64,000 nt of DNA from Octopus sinensis (taxonomy: Eukaryota). This document shows positions 26,764-40,608 of the stretch, in pieces; within the stretch, counting starts at the first letter, position 1; every line of letters starts with the position of its first letter. Made by a program: the position numbers and the translations under genes. The notes below the pieces were generated by a model. The model was not told the origin of the DNA. It saw nothing but the letters and a program-made list of their open reading frames with translations, and did no database searches. The DNA is taken from assembly GCF_006345805.1 (NCBI RefSeq), contig NC_043015.1, forward strand, positions 18,910,001 to 18,974,000, written 5' to 3'.

Positions 26764-26859
26764 TAGATATGAAGAATAAGTTCAAGAATTATATATTTAC
26801 TACATAAAAATATATTTTATTTACTGGTCGATGATGATACATAATCAAAATGTAGAATC

Positions 26860-27135
26860 TAGTTGAAAGAAGTAATCTATCTTATCAACTAAACATCCAG
26901 AGTTGTCAGGCAAAAATGAACAATATTTTAAAAGAGAATTGGCATTTAATAAAAGGCAAGTTTCTATGTTTGCCAAAAAGTTCAAGTTGAGTGACAAAGG
27001 ACAAGAAGCAAGTTATGCTGTGGCGGGGATAGCTGCAAGAAAAATGAAATCTCATGCCATCGCTTAAACTGTAATTTTACCTGCATACCAGGAAATAGTG
27101 AAGATAATGTTTGGAGAGGATGCTGTATCAGAGCT
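26860..27135 (+). mobile_element. hAT Buster/Charlie-type transposase fragment
   Basis: TKHPELSGKNEQYFKR...ASYAVA..ARKMKSHAIA*TVILPAYQEIVKIMFGEDA, resembling ZBED8/SCAND3-like transposases. Confidence 0.7.
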
Positions 27136-28760
27136 ATTGAGAGGTTTTTCTTGCCATTTATCAGTCAGAATATCTAAGGCAGCAGTTTTAGCACGGGTTT
27201 TCATGCTCTTAGATTTTTCTGTGCTTGTTTCTTGTATGTCTAATTCCGAAATTTGTTGTATTCGGAATTCACTTAGATATTCCTTTGCCTGTTTTGTTAC
27301 TGAGTATGATGCTTTCTTGTTTTCATGTTCTGAGACAAGTTTTAACATCCAGTCCTCAGAGTTTTTCAGGTAGGTGTCTAGGCAAATTGTGGCAATCTTC
27401 ATTGTTAATGCCAGTTGTAAAAGTCCACGGCCTCCCTCTTTACTTGGCAGATAAAGTCGTTCTATATCTGCCTTAGTATGGTACATTCTATGGATTGTCA
27501 ACAGTTTTCGTATTTTTCTGTCAAGATGACATATTTTAGTAATTGACCAGTTAATGATGTTGAAAATGTAAGTCACGACTGGTATGTCTAAAGCATCAGA
27601 TCTGTCTTGAGTTTTGCTCTTACTCTGCGATAACACTCTCTCCTGATCCTTTCCTTCATTACTGAATGCCTTATTCCATTCCCTTCAATTACCCCTAGGT
27701 ATTTGTAGCTCTGCGCTAGGTCTAACTCTTTTATGACATTCTACTGGTCAAGGTTAATGTTAGACGTTTCTGTCACTTTTCCTTTGATAAAGGTAGCTTT
27801 TGCACATTTATCGAGGCCAAATTACATTCTGATGTCATCACTGAATTGTTTAACAATCGCTAGTAATCCCTTGAGTTCTTGGTCATTTTTTACAAAGAGC
27901 TTTAAATCATCCATGTAAATTAGATGATTTATATTTTTATCAAACCTTTTATATCCGTATTGTGCATCATTGAGCAATTTTGAGAGAGGTATTAAGGCTA
28001 AACGAAAGATGAGTGGTGATAGTGAGTAACCCTGGAAAATGCCACATGAAATTTTTACATCTCCAGCATTTAGAGATTCATTTTCACTGTTCAAAGTTAG
28101 TGTGGTTCTCCATGATCTCATACTTACAGACAAAAAGTTTCGCAGAGTAGGCGCTATTTTATACATTTCCAGGCATTTCTTAATCCAGCTATGTGGTAGG
28201 CTATCAAAAGCTTTTTTATAGTCTATCCAGGCTATTGACAAGTTTTTGTGTCGTTTGTGACAATCTTCTAAGATCATCTTATTGATGAGTAGTTGATCTT
28301 TACAACTGTAGGATCCACGTTTACATCCTTTCTGTTCATTAGGGAATATGCTGCTGTCTGTTAAATAACTATAGATATATTCCGTCAGGACAGATGTTAG
28401 CGTTTTATACATAGTTGTTAAGCAGGTTATGGGTCTATAGTTTTTTTGGTTCATTTGTTTCTTTACTTTTTGGAAGCAGGAATGTAAGACCATTAACTAG
28501 CCAAGAGGGCATTATACTAGGGTGTTGCAAAACAGCGTTGTAAAATTCTGTTAGCAGTTCATGGCTCTCTGGGAAGGCATTCAACCAGAAGTTTGGAATT
28601 TTATCCTTTCCTGGATACTTCTATTTGCTTGACCTCCTGAGAGGAGATCTTCTACCTTGGCACCCTTCCACTTTTGCTCCTCTAAGGAGTCCAAGTCTGT
28701 AGACATTCTATCAATCCAAGGGGCGTTTCCATTGTGTGTTTTTTGTGTGTTTTTTCGTTG
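27136..28760 (-). mobile_element. R4/Dong-type LINE RT fragment
   Basis: NYRPITCL, EQKGC, AWIDYKKAFDSLPH, GIFQG, HLIYMDDLKL, LYLPSKEGGRGL. Confidence 0.9.
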
Positions 28761-28763
28761 TGC

Positions 28764-28799
<36 letters not shown>

Positions 28800-28807
28800 A
28801 TTATTAT

Positions 28808-28850
28808 CCGAAGCTATGAAAGCCAGAGCGTAGTACTGCATCAGGACATT
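28808..28850. mobile_element. Terminal fragment of the (TTA)n-flanked non-coding element
   Basis: gaagctatgaaagccagagcgtagtactgcatcagg embedded in (TTA)n. Confidence 0.6.
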
Positions 28851-29019
28851 TATTATTATTATTATTATTAGCAGGCCCCGTGCCGACAAAAATGACGGCT
28901 AATTGTAGTATTTTATATATACCATATTTTAACGTGTATGATCCCTCGTGTATAAGGAACCCTCTAATTTTGGAGGCTTAAAATTTGGAAAAATGTTTTG
29001 GTAATTTATGGTGGGAAGA

Positions 29020-29200
29020 CTTTGATCCTGTGATGCAATTAAAAATCCTCCAGTCTCTGCTTTGAGTCCTGAGCTTTTCAGCCATTGTTGGAATTTTTTT
29101 TGTCTATTTCTTTTCTGTTTAGTTTACCCCAGTATTTGCCACGAAGAGGCTTTTTCTGCCATGGTTTTATCATGATCCGTTGTTGTTCCAGTTTTAGATT
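29020..29200 (-). mobile_element. Small fragment of the same R4-type family as 16660-18280
   Basis: Resembles 17360-17535 (SNLKLEQQRIMIK..GKYW). Confidence 0.75.
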
Positions 29201-29254
29201 GGATTTCTGTTGTTCTGGAGGCAGAATAGTGACAGAGTCATTTTGCAAGCTCGT

Positions 29255-30330
29255 GTCATCCCACATTTACCTCCACCACCGCTTCGATCATCCGCATCAT
29301 ATAATTCGGTCAAATCTGAATTCCCAATTTCAGAGGATAAAACGGATTTGTACTGACATAGGAGATTACTGAAAATATGCAAATGCTTTACAATTAAAAG
29401 AAATAGCAAATGAGATAGCTGAGATTAGCAAAGAAAGTCAAACCTTCACGCATAATTTTAGCAAACGCAATGCAATATGTGACAGAATTCCTTTAGTGAT
29501 TAACTGGCACCGAAATTTCGATAGTATTTCAAAAGTGTTGCATGAAATTTACCAGCATGTGGCGAAAATATATCCGTGTTTCAAACAGATATTTAGTCAG
29601 CCACCTATTGTGGTCTTTAGGCAGAATAAAAAATATAAGAGATCTATTAACTGCTATTTCTGATTCCAAGAAAACTAATATTGGAGTCTCTGCACACCGT
29701 ACCTTGAAAAACAGCCACAAGAGAAGTACGCTTTTCATTGTGCCACAATAACAGAAACGTTGTGATTTATACAGAAGGTGAAACATGTACTGTTCGCCAT
29801 TTGGTGTACGCGTCAGAATGCACGAAACACAACTTCATTTATGTTGGTTGCACAACAGAACAATTAAACAAAAGATTTCATGGGCACAGATATGACGTCA
29901 GGCACAATAACGGTAGTTCGACAGAACTTGCTGAACACTTCGTTTCAAGCGGCTGCAATTTTGAGGAAGACTTGAAATTACATATTCTCAAAATATTCTG
30001 AATCTGCTTCCCTTTCAATACATAAAATGCATGGGGAGAAATATGTTTGCGGGTTATTAATATCATGCCCTGGAAGAATGAATAAAATGACAGGAGAATA
30101 TCATCAAATTTATACTAAACTTATTTACATGTATTATTTACTTGTATTATACAAAACTGTTTGATTGAATATTTTTCTTCTATTTCCATTTCTTTTTTCT
30201 TTCCTTTTCGAGAGTTTCTTTTCTGTCTTTTTCTTTTCGCCAGTTATAAAACTGATGATGTCATTCCATCAACGTGTGGACGCCGGGTGCTCATGTTCAT
30301 ACTTTAAATTTGAATTTCTATAATTTTGAA
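29255..30330 (+). mobile_element. Penelope-like element: RT thumb and GIY-YIG endonuclease remnant
   Basis: HIYLHHRFDHPHH..SQFQRIKRICT; TCTVRHLVYASECTKHNFIYVGCTTEQLNKRFHGH. Confidence 0.85.
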
Positions 30331-30599
30331 TTTTTATTCCTTTTTATTTCGAACTCGATAGACAGGCTTGCTGTCAAAATATCGTTCAACCTATTATCGG
30401 CGTCTTGTGTCGTACGCTTGCATCGCATTGATGTCACTACAACGAAAGTTTCCCCGATTAAGCGCGAATTCTCCAGCTGCTTTACCTTTCTTTTCCAGCG
30501 AGCTCTTGGAAAAAAGAAGTTGAAGGAGAATGTCGGAAAGATAATAACAATTACATAACCAAGTTTTACAAAAATCTAGAAGACCACTCAAAACGCTAT

Positions 30600-31590
30600 A
30601 ACTCGAAAAGGCTTTTCCAATAGGTGAGAGAACCCAAAGGAGAATACACTGCAAAGACAGGTAGTATCAAAGAACAAGAGGGAATAGTCCTAATAGCAAT
30701 GCAACAGGTAGAACACACCAAGAAATTGTATGAAAGTAATCCAAAAGTTGCAGTAGTTGACACAAATTTAGGGTATGAAAAAGAACGTGTGAGGTAGAAA
30801 GAGCTCTGGAAAAGATTTTTAAAAATCCAGGAAAACACCAGTTTTAGATGCAGTACTGATTGAACTGATCAAGGGTGCTGAAGAGAGTGCCATAACAATA
30901 CTCCACAACCCATGCAGTAAGATCTGGAGAGAGGAATGACCTTCAGATACCGTAGAATATGTACCCATCCATAAAGGGGATGACTTGCTTATTTGTGAGA
31001 ATTATCGAACAATTGCTCTGATCCACATGCAGGTAAAGTACTTTTAATCATCATCCTAGGGCGTTTGAAACCATTCCCCGAACAAGAGATAGTTGGCTTT
31101 AGAAGCAGACGTGACACAAGAGATCGTCTACACAATTTCCACACAGTTTTAGAAAAAAGGAAGAGTACACAGCCTTACAACTTTCCTGCCTGAGACCATG
31201 CTGCTGAAGTCCCAGCTGGGCAGGGTACGTCTACAGGATAAAGGATCATCATTTACCTAATATCAAGCTGTACGACGAACTCTCCACAGGCCATCACGAG
31301 AGAGGCCTACCAAAGAAACGATACAAGGACTGTTTGAAAAAATCCCTCGATGTTTCTCATATCGATGATCACCCGTAGTCCACCCTAGCCGAGGACAGTA
31401 ACGCCTTGCGTCTCACCATCACCCGTACAGTCTCTTACTTCGAAAGCACCCACAGGTCCACTCGCAAGGGCAAAAGGCGCAGGAGGAAGAACCGCAGCAA
31501 CACGTCATCAAATCCTGACCAGAACTTCAACTGTAACCAATAGAGCTATGCCTGCCTGTCCTGCATGGGCCTTATTAGCCCATTCGTAAT
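30600..31590 (+). mobile_element. RTE-clade LINE fragments (RT N-terminus and 3' end)
   Basis: YVPIHKGD..ICENYRTIAL, GFRSRRDTRD; later KLYDELSTG..KKRYKDCLKKSL and C..GLISHS. Confidence 0.75.
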
Positions 31591-31758
31591 GTGTGTATAT
31601 ATGTATATCTATGTGTAGATGTATCAATAAAAAGGTATATGTATATCTGTATGTGGGCCTATATGTGTATATATATATATATGTGTGTGTGTGTATGCGC
31701 ATATACATGTGTGTATGTGCATATATTCATATGCATATATGTATATACTATCTATCTG

Positions 31759-31809
<51 letters not shown>

Positions 31810-32885
31810 GTCTGGCAAAACAAATAAGCATATATGTATAAATAATATATACATACAACAGGTATTAGGAAACACTAAGAACACTGCAGCCCCCCCCCAA
31901 AAAAAAATCCATAACAGTGATCTAGTGAAGAACATGCCTCCCCGCTACAACCATTGCAGGGTTGAACACCAGACCAAGTTCTTATTAGTAGCAACACACC
32001 TACTTTCTACTTTCTACTGTTTCTTCGCCCAGTTTAATTCGAAGCGGACCTAGGGTACAGAACCTGACGAAACTGCACTGAAAATATTACAAGCTTGCAT
32101 CTGCAATAGTGTATGATCGCTGCAGTGTAAACATGTATAGGTCATGGTAATATGCTGTGAATAACTAATATAAATTATTGATGTACAAATCTCCATTCCC
32201 TTTATTATTAATGTTATTTTACACTGCGGAACCTTTGCAGTTTCAGCAGAACACAAGAGATTATCCAACGAGAAAGTCTACCAATGTCTGACAACATATT
32301 GTAGACACGGGCATCGAATACGAACCGTTGCGTCAGCTGGCACCTGGAACCGAACTGAGGTAATATTATTAATATTAATATATGTATATATATACTTACA
32401 GCTAAATAGATAGATCGATAGGTCGATAGAGAGAGAGACACACATACATACGTACGTACATACATACATATACATACATACATACACACATACATACACA
32501 CACATGCATTCATACATACATACATACATACATACATACACATATATATAAATACGTACATGCATACATAATGCATACATACATACATACATACATACAT
32601 AAATACATACATACATACATACATACACATATACATACATACATATGTACAAACGTACATATGTACTTATACATATATGCTGTGGCTTAAGCTGATGTAA
32701 AATATGACTGACAAATATTATTGAACTTACTCTCAGATGCCTAAACTTCATCACGTCGGAACTTCCTTTACATTGTTATGAAAGTTTTATGTCATCATTG
32801 CGTGCTGGAAAATTTTAGAGCGTCTCTAAGAGAATTTATTTTTACTCCATTGTTAACAGCTTTTTATCTATTTGTCCATATAAAT

Positions 32886-32890
32886 GTATA

Positions 32891-32944
<54 letters not shown>

Positions 32945-32960
32945 CATATATGTATCTCTA

Positions 32961-32991
<31 letters not shown>

Positions 32992-32992
32992 G

Positions 32993-33077
<85 letters not shown>

Positions 33078-33195
33078 TATATATATACACATACACACAC
33101 AACAAATATATACATATATATACATATGTACACATATACACATAAATATGTATGTATCCATACACACATACACAAGTAATATATATATATATACC
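32886..33195. repeat. Compound (TA)/(TCTG)/(TC) microsatellite
   Basis: Visible; explains the spurious ORFs here. Confidence 0.95.
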
Positions 33196-34529
33196 TGCAT
33201 GGACGTTTAAATATGGCTTTGGATAGCTGTACATAGTTGTATGTCTGTAGGATATTCAATAGAACTATACGAATACATGTGTGCTAGGGTGTATTTTTGC
33301 GTGTGTATACATGTAAGTGTGCGTATATGTGCATGTGTAAATGTATTTCTTCGGGTGTTATATCTTTTATCGAGTCGTTCACTGGGCAGAAGAGAAGAAC
33401 AGTTGTCTTTACTAATTGCTTCCGTGTCCACAAAGAAATCTAATATATACATTCATAACAATGCTAGATGGCGATGTCGAGCCTCCACTGAAATTAGTAC
33501 TAGAGAAACATCGCGAATGCATACACAACACACGCATATGTTCACATACAAGTACGGTTGCACACGCAGGTATATTATGCACTCACACACACACACACAC
33601 TTATACATTTGTATAGTCCTGTTTGAATCTTATATATCAATATATGCGTGTGTATTAGAGTGTATGAGAGTGTGATTACGTGTGTTTGAATCACAGTAGC
33701 ATATGTGTAGATGCGAATCCATCCCCGTCGAAACGTGTCAAGTAACAGGTCTGAATTCTCATCGAAAGACACGACAACTAATAAGTTCTAGAACAACACA
33801 AGTTATTTGATTAACAATTAATTCTGTCTTGACTGAGTTTAAATTTTGCGAAAAGAGTTTTCCGAGATTTATCCTTCGATAATTTATTATCCGAATATTA
33901 GAAAATATACTTCAGATTGAATATTTAGAGTAATAATATATCATTTAAAGCTTAGTATAATGTATCAAATCTCAGGTGTCAAATATGATACACACTGACA
34001 CCGCGTCCGCTTTATCTTATTTATAGTTATCTCTTCCTCCTTGAAAAGCTTTGAACACGTACACAAGGACAAATTTCATTTCAATATATGATGATTAGAC
34101 ATGAAAAGATAACAGACGATTCTTACATTTTTACCAGTACAGAAACCGAATCCGTTTCTATTCTCAACACTTTGCACCAACTTATTTCATCTCCAGCTCG
34201 CATCCCAGACCAACTCACCTTTGTCTTTTTTTTTCCTACTTCATAACGTAAACTATGTTCGCCTTCAAATTTATTGGGTCATCCGGTCATAAACTCGTTC
34301 CAACATACGAACCTATACGCAGCCCCTTCATCTCGGACCCTATTACGCCTCCAGTTAACCGATTGATTTGAACTCCGTTTTACACCAGTTTTATGCCAGA
34401 GATTTATGAAGCACATATCTTCACTATTTCGCCGGAAATAGCAAAGCGGGTGTCTGAAATCATCTTTTTTTACCATGCCTCTTCACATATCATCCTCAGG
34501 AGATGTTTACTCGTAGACTGTACCTTGAC

Positions 34530-34920
34530 GGTCAAAATTCGAGGCTGGTAACACATGGATATCTGTTATCAAAAGTTCTTGCGCATGAGCTCATCTACCG
34601 ATCTTGTCGATCGTAGCTTCCTACCTTGATCGTACATCGCGGCATTTGTTGATGGATCTACTTTTGTCCATTCTCAATCGATCCTAGTGTTCACCAGTGT
34701 TCTGTTTTGCCATCCACTCTCTTCCTTCTTTGCATTAATGTTTTACTTGCTACTTCATCCAGCAACTACTATGTAGATGACAATACGCTTCATCCCTTCC
34801 TAGTGCTCCCCAACTATTCATCATCCACACATAGCCTAGACACCTCACGCCAAACCTGCACTGATTTATAAACAGAGATCTTGAGAGCATCTTTTAGTGA
34901 TACCGTAGCCACTTTAATAT
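34530..34920 (+). mobile_element. Highly decayed LINE RT fragment
   Basis: VHQCSVL and NYYVDDNTL, the positional equivalents of GVPQGS and YADD. Confidence 0.5.
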
Positions 34921-35249
34921 GGCAGTCCGTTTGAGAAGATTCTACTGCGAGTTTTTAACCCCAAGTAGACGAGCAAGGGAGCGAACCCCTACCATCCCCT
35001 AGCGACAGGACCAGTAGACCAGTCTTGGTTTCGGGCAATTTTTGCTACTCCTCAGTACTGGACACCTCGTCTGCCAGAGATAATAGCAGCTCACTTCTGC
35101 ACGAAATATATATATATATATTCCAAGCGACAACACAGTCGCTGATTTTGCAACAAGCAAAAATGCTAGTTCTAAAAACTCTTTAAGGGATCAATGTCAT
35201 AGTTGTACTGACAGGTAATATTCGTAGCCACTTTAACATGTGTGTGTGT

Positions 35250-35443
35250 GTGTCTGTGTTTGTCCTCCCTCCCACTCGCCATTGCTTCACAACCGATGCT
35301 GGTGAGTTCATGTCCCCGATAAAATAAGTATTAGGCTTACAAAGAATAAGTCCTGGGGTCGATTTCTTCAACTAATACCCTTGAAGGCGGTGCTCCAGCA
35401 TGGCCGCAGTTAAATGACTGAAACAAGTAAAAGAGTAAAAGAA
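35250..35443 (+). mobile_element. SINE 3' half
   Basis: aagtcctggggtcgat...gtgctccagcatggccgcag...aaacaagtaaaaga, shared with 45161-45566. Confidence 0.8.
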
Positions 35444-35475
35444 TATATAAATAGATAGATATTGGTATACAAACA

Positions 35476-35506
<31 letters not shown>

Positions 35507-35594
35507 CTCACACACACACACACTTACACACAAATACGTAAGTAACAAACAATAAGGTGAGTAATAAACACTGCACTTGTGGATTCATACTTTC

Positions 35595-35826
35595 TTTTAA
35601 TAAAATAATTGGGGTTAATTTGATATCGATGGTTTCTCGCTGTACATCAGCAATTATTCACCCACAAATTTAAGAACACCAATGTAGCTGAAAAATATTT
35701 GTTATACTGAATTCATTTAACCGAACAAATGTGGATGAGATGTCATAGTTATTCCTTTTGCGGTTGAATAATTGCTAAATTTCTGCAAGAAACCATCTGC
35801 ACTTAACACCAATCATTATGTTAAAA
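35595..35826. repeat. Imperfect fold-back inverted repeat
   Basis: 35595-35668 vs 35757-35826 (gatggtttctcgc..gcaattattcacc / ggttgaataattgc..gcaagaaaccatc). Confidence 0.7.
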
Positions 35827-36448
35827 CAACACTCACACACAAACATTTTGAAAGATAATACATGCGTGTGCGTGCATACGTATGTATGTATGTATGAGCG
35901 CGCGCTCGCGTGAATGTGTGTGTATGTATACATATTTTTGGATAAGTTCATATGCTGTAGAACGAAGACTCAGACAATTCAGAACTCACCCTCCGAAAAA
36001 GAAACTTTTGCAACGAATTTAAAGTAGTAGTGAGTTAAGAGAGTAGTGCGGAAAGGTGGTGTAGATAGCTGATGAAGACACAGTGCGATGAAGCGAAGTG
36101 TCTGAGGATAACGACTGCCTAAAGTTTCAAAACTTTGAATCTTTTTATATCATCACAGACTTACAAAGCCTTCATCAACCTCCACTTAGCAAAATAGCAT
36201 AGTGAGCTCGGAATGTAACATACACCTTAGAAAATATGTGCATTCATAAGAACAATTTGTACATATTAAATGCATTTAAATGCATTTAAAATATCGTTTT
36301 TTGGCTTGACTTCATTACTCACACGCATACGCACACATACATACACACACACACACAGACATGCCACGTGTGTATATATATGCGTGTATATGTGTATGTA
36401 TTGCGTGTGCGCGTTTGCGTCTGTTTGTATGTATGTATGCATATATAA

Positions 36449-36505
<57 letters not shown>

Positions 36506-36559
36506 TATATGAGTGTGTGTGTAGACACACACACACAGAGTGAATGGTTGAATCACTGT

Positions 36560-37260
36560 TTCTAAATGCAATGATAGCCGATGCGGTACATGTCAATTAA
36601 TTCATACTGGCCCATATATGAACACAAAAACAGGAAAAATATTCACAAACGCGAACATGAACTGCAAAAGCAGAAATTTAATCTACTGCATCAAATGGCC
36701 AAATTGTGAAGAGCTGTAAGTTGGCCAGACAGGTAATGCACAATCAGAACGCTCATGTGTGCATCGACAACAAATTAAAAACCCAGAAGTCCGCCAAATA
36801 CCACTGAGTAACCATCTGGCAACATGTGGTCGGAAAACTTTTATGATATTGCCATTTCATAAACTTTACAACCCGAATGAAATTGAGAGAAAACTGAGAG
36901 AAAAAGACTTTATTAAGAAATTCAAAGCCAAGCTTAACAAACAATGATTGAATTAATCTTATTTGCGGTTTAAAAATCTTATGCCTACAACTAAAACATT
37001 AAAAATCTCTAAAAAGTACTACTGTCATCATTTCTAAAAATAAACATTGAAAAATGGTTTGGCATCATTTCTAAAAAAATAGCCAAACAACTACTACTGC
37101 TGCCCACAGGAACATATATAAAGGACAAAAGACAGCCAGTCAACCACAGTTGAAACACTCCTGTCGCAACCTGGGACCTTGAAGACTGCTTTAATGCAAG
37201 AACATATACTGGTCCCTTAATATTTGATATTCAATATTTCATCTATTCAATAAGACAATA
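36560..37260 (+). mobile_element. Penelope-like GIY-YIG 3' end with decayed hammerhead
   Basis: NMNCKSRNLIYCIKWPNCEEL*VGQTG..HRQQI..LREKDFIKKFKAKLN; hammerhead-like motif at 37173-37216. Confidence 0.8.
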
Positions 37261-37424
37261 CTTCATTTCATTTTACTATATATACTATTTATACTATATA
37301 TTCTATATTCTACATTAATATTAAAAAGAATATAAATAAAACATAAAAAACAGACATAGTTGAAATTCCTTTGAATGATATATATCCCTCTATACACAAT
37401 CATACAAACCTCTTTATATATATA

Positions 37425-37588
37425 GGCGCGGGCCTGGCTCTGTGGTAAGAAGTTTGCTTCCCAACCACATGGTTCCAAGATCAGTCCCACTGCGTGACAC
37501 CTTGGGCAAGTGTATCTGCTATAGTTTCGAGCCGACCAAAGCCTTTGTGAATGGATTTGGTAGACAGAAACTGAAAGATGCCCGTTGT
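37425..37588 (+). mobile_element. tRNA-head SINE, 5' half
   Basis: A box tggctctgtggt, degenerate B box, CORE-like gacaccttgggcaagt. Confidence 0.8.
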
Positions 37589-38996
37589 ACAATTATTGAT
37601 ATTTCAAATGTATTTAAAACGCACATTTCAAGTAAATACGTACCAAGTTGTTACATAGATACGCAACGTCTTCTGACATTACAAGTAAAATGCATTAGTA
37701 GGTTCAAAATTGCCCCAAGAATGCAAAAGCTGACGAAAATCAGAGACAAACATAAACGATAAACGAAAAGATAAAGAGATAAGAGATACTTAAAGAAATA
37801 TCTTGGGTGAAGGTGGAATAATTAAAGATAACACAATGACAACTAAATTTAATGCCATTATCTGAATGAGAACAACAGATATACGAGTACGTTCCTTGAA
37901 ATAATCAGGAAAGTCATCGTCTCAGAAGGTCACGTTAATATTAAAAAGTGGATTTCATTATGAACTGAGGTAGATATAAAAATATACGGAAATTAAAATG
38001 AAAGTATACAGAACAATGTCGTTCAAATAAATTATCCGCAAATCCGCTAGTCATTTCAGAGAGAAATAAATTTGCAAATATATAATGAACATAATGAAGG
38101 GCTTATTTGAATAGTTAATCGGAAAGTGCATGTTCGTATGTATAATTCAGTAGCTATTATCTTTATATCAGTAGATCGCTTTTATCTGAGATCATTGGAA
38201 GAATGTCAATGTCATGTCTATTAGACAGACTAATAAAATCAGAATTTAAAATAGATAAACAATGATAATACGATGATTTCACGAATGAATTATACATATG
38301 AATCATATATGTATGCGCGTGTATGATCATATTTATATGTCTGTACACACACACACACACGCGCGCGCACACACACATATGTATAATGCACATAATTTGT
38401 ATATGGAACAAAAGATATTAACGAGCAGATTAGAAAGAAAATGAGATATAGAAATCATGCATTTTGATAATATCAGCTGGTAAAGTAATTTTGTATTCTT
38501 CTTTGAAATAGTAAAACACCAGTTTAAGATAATTTGGCTTGGAAAAGGTATCATGTAACATTAAAAAAAGGTCCATTGAGAATATAGTGCATGTTACAGT
38601 GAGAAAAATAACCTGCAGGTCAAAATTTTGCTTTTGAAAGCAGAATTACATATTACATTTAGGTAATTCATTTATTACATACACTATAATGAGTAGATTT
38701 AATCCAGTTAAATGAAAACCTCCTTCATTAGTAACCCTTCCTCTAATTTAGTTAGACCTATTCCGCATCCGAAATGGAAGATTTATTTCTATACAAGTGT
38801 GTGTGTATGTGCACTTTCGTGTATGTATGCACTATTGCTGCGGTTGCACGTTTAAAACATTCACTCAGCAAATACATGGTTCCAAGTCTGTTCCGATTAC
38901 ACAGTGTCCCCCTGCAAATTTCTGTTACTAGAGCCTTGCAATGATCAATCAATAGTAAATTTAGTAGGCGCCAGTTCCACACAATCCCACTACACA

Positions 38997-39063
<67 letters not shown>

Positions 39064-39128
39064 GCTCATTTGAGCATGCAATATATGTTCCCCGTTCTTT
39101 TGTGCTTTGATACTTGTCATTTTGTCTG

Positions 39129-39162
<34 letters not shown>

Positions 39163-39298
39163 AATATATATATACAATTATAAACCAAGAGAGAAGGTGG
39201 AAATAAGATTAATAAAAATTATTAATACATTGATAAGCGCAACAGTTGTTTCAATTCATCGCTTCAATTCATCACTTAAATCAATCAAATTTAAGTTA

Positions 39299-40574
39299 CG
39301 AGGGGCGTTCAATAAGTAATGCCCCTGACCCACTTCCCATAGCAGTAGAGCAACGAAACTTGGCACAGTTATTAGTCTTTTTCTACATAGGAACCACCCA
39401 GAGTTACGCATTTCTCCCATCGTTCGATGCGGCTCTGGAGACCGTTTTTGTAGAAGAACCCAGCTTGGTCCTCCAACCTCAACGTGACTTCAGAAATCAA
39501 GGCTGCATCATCTGGGAAACGCTTTCCTTTCAAAAACAACTTCATGATTGGAAAGAGGTAAAAATCAGAGGGTGCAAGGTCAGGAAAGTATGGGGAGGAG
39601 TTCATAGCCATACGCCTGTGCTTCTGATCTGGCGACAAGCGAGTTGTGGACCGGAGCGTTGTCCTGCAGGAGGAGGATGCCTTTGCTGATCTTGCCCCGC
39701 CTCTTGATTTTGATAACTTCTCTTAATTTCCTCAAAAGTGAAGCATAATAGGCTCCTGCAATTGTGGTACCCTTTGCCAGGAAATCTGTCATCACTACTC
39801 CGTCCTGGTCCCAGAAGACTGTGAGCATGACCTTGCCAGCGGAGGGCTGCACCCTTGCCTTCTTTGGAGGGGGTGAGTCACGGTGCTTCCACTGCATTGA
39901 CTGGGTTTTGGTCTCTGGATCATCGGGATGGACGCAGGTTTCATCCTGTGTAATCAGTCTTTTGAAAAATTTTGACTCATCTTCTTGGCACATCTCCAAA
40001 TTCACCCTCGAGCACTCGACGCGTTCTTGCTTCTGGAAAGGCGTGAGCAACCTGGGAATCCATCTGGCAGACACCTTTCGCATATGCAAATAGTCATGAA
40101 TCATAGTTTCCACAGACCCGGTACTAATCTTGATCTCATGGGCTATTTGGCGAATAATTATGCGTCGATCTTCCAAAATGGCAGCCTCAACTTGACGGAC
40201 AGATGCCTCCTCAATGGCAGAAGGGGGCGACCAGATCTGGGAGCTGTTTCCACAGAGTTCCGACCATGTTTGAATTCACGATGCCAGCGTTTTACAAGGT
40301 CATATGATGGGGCATCATCACCATAAGTTACTTTCATTTCATCAAAAGTCTCCCGTGGTGTGCGTCCTTTCAAATACAAAAACCGGATCACTGCTCGACA
40401 CTCAACAGGCTCCATTTCACACTTGACTCGGTTGAAACACTTGTAAATCAGAAACCACAATTAATTCAGAGCTGTAATTTGCCACTTACTCTATAGAGAT
40501 ATAAATGATTGTACATGCAACTAGATCAAACAACTGCAAGTGGGTCAGAGGCATTACTTATTGAACGTCCCTCG
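39299..40574 (-). mobile_element. Mariner copy 2, full length but frameshifted
   Basis: Both TIRs and TA duplication; CRAVIRFLYLKG, QDET, QDNAPVH, SPYFPDLAPSDFYLF. Confidence 0.95.
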
Positions 40575-40608
40575 TAAATTAATTAAATCAATTTGGTTAA
40601 TTATTATA

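Noticed and set aside
33705-33745. gtc-GAAA-cgtg-TC as a hammerhead 3' half
   Set aside because: No CTGANGA or stem I partner upstream.
34200-34480. Possible mariner N-terminal relic on the minus strand
   Set aside because: Too degenerate and no TIR found.
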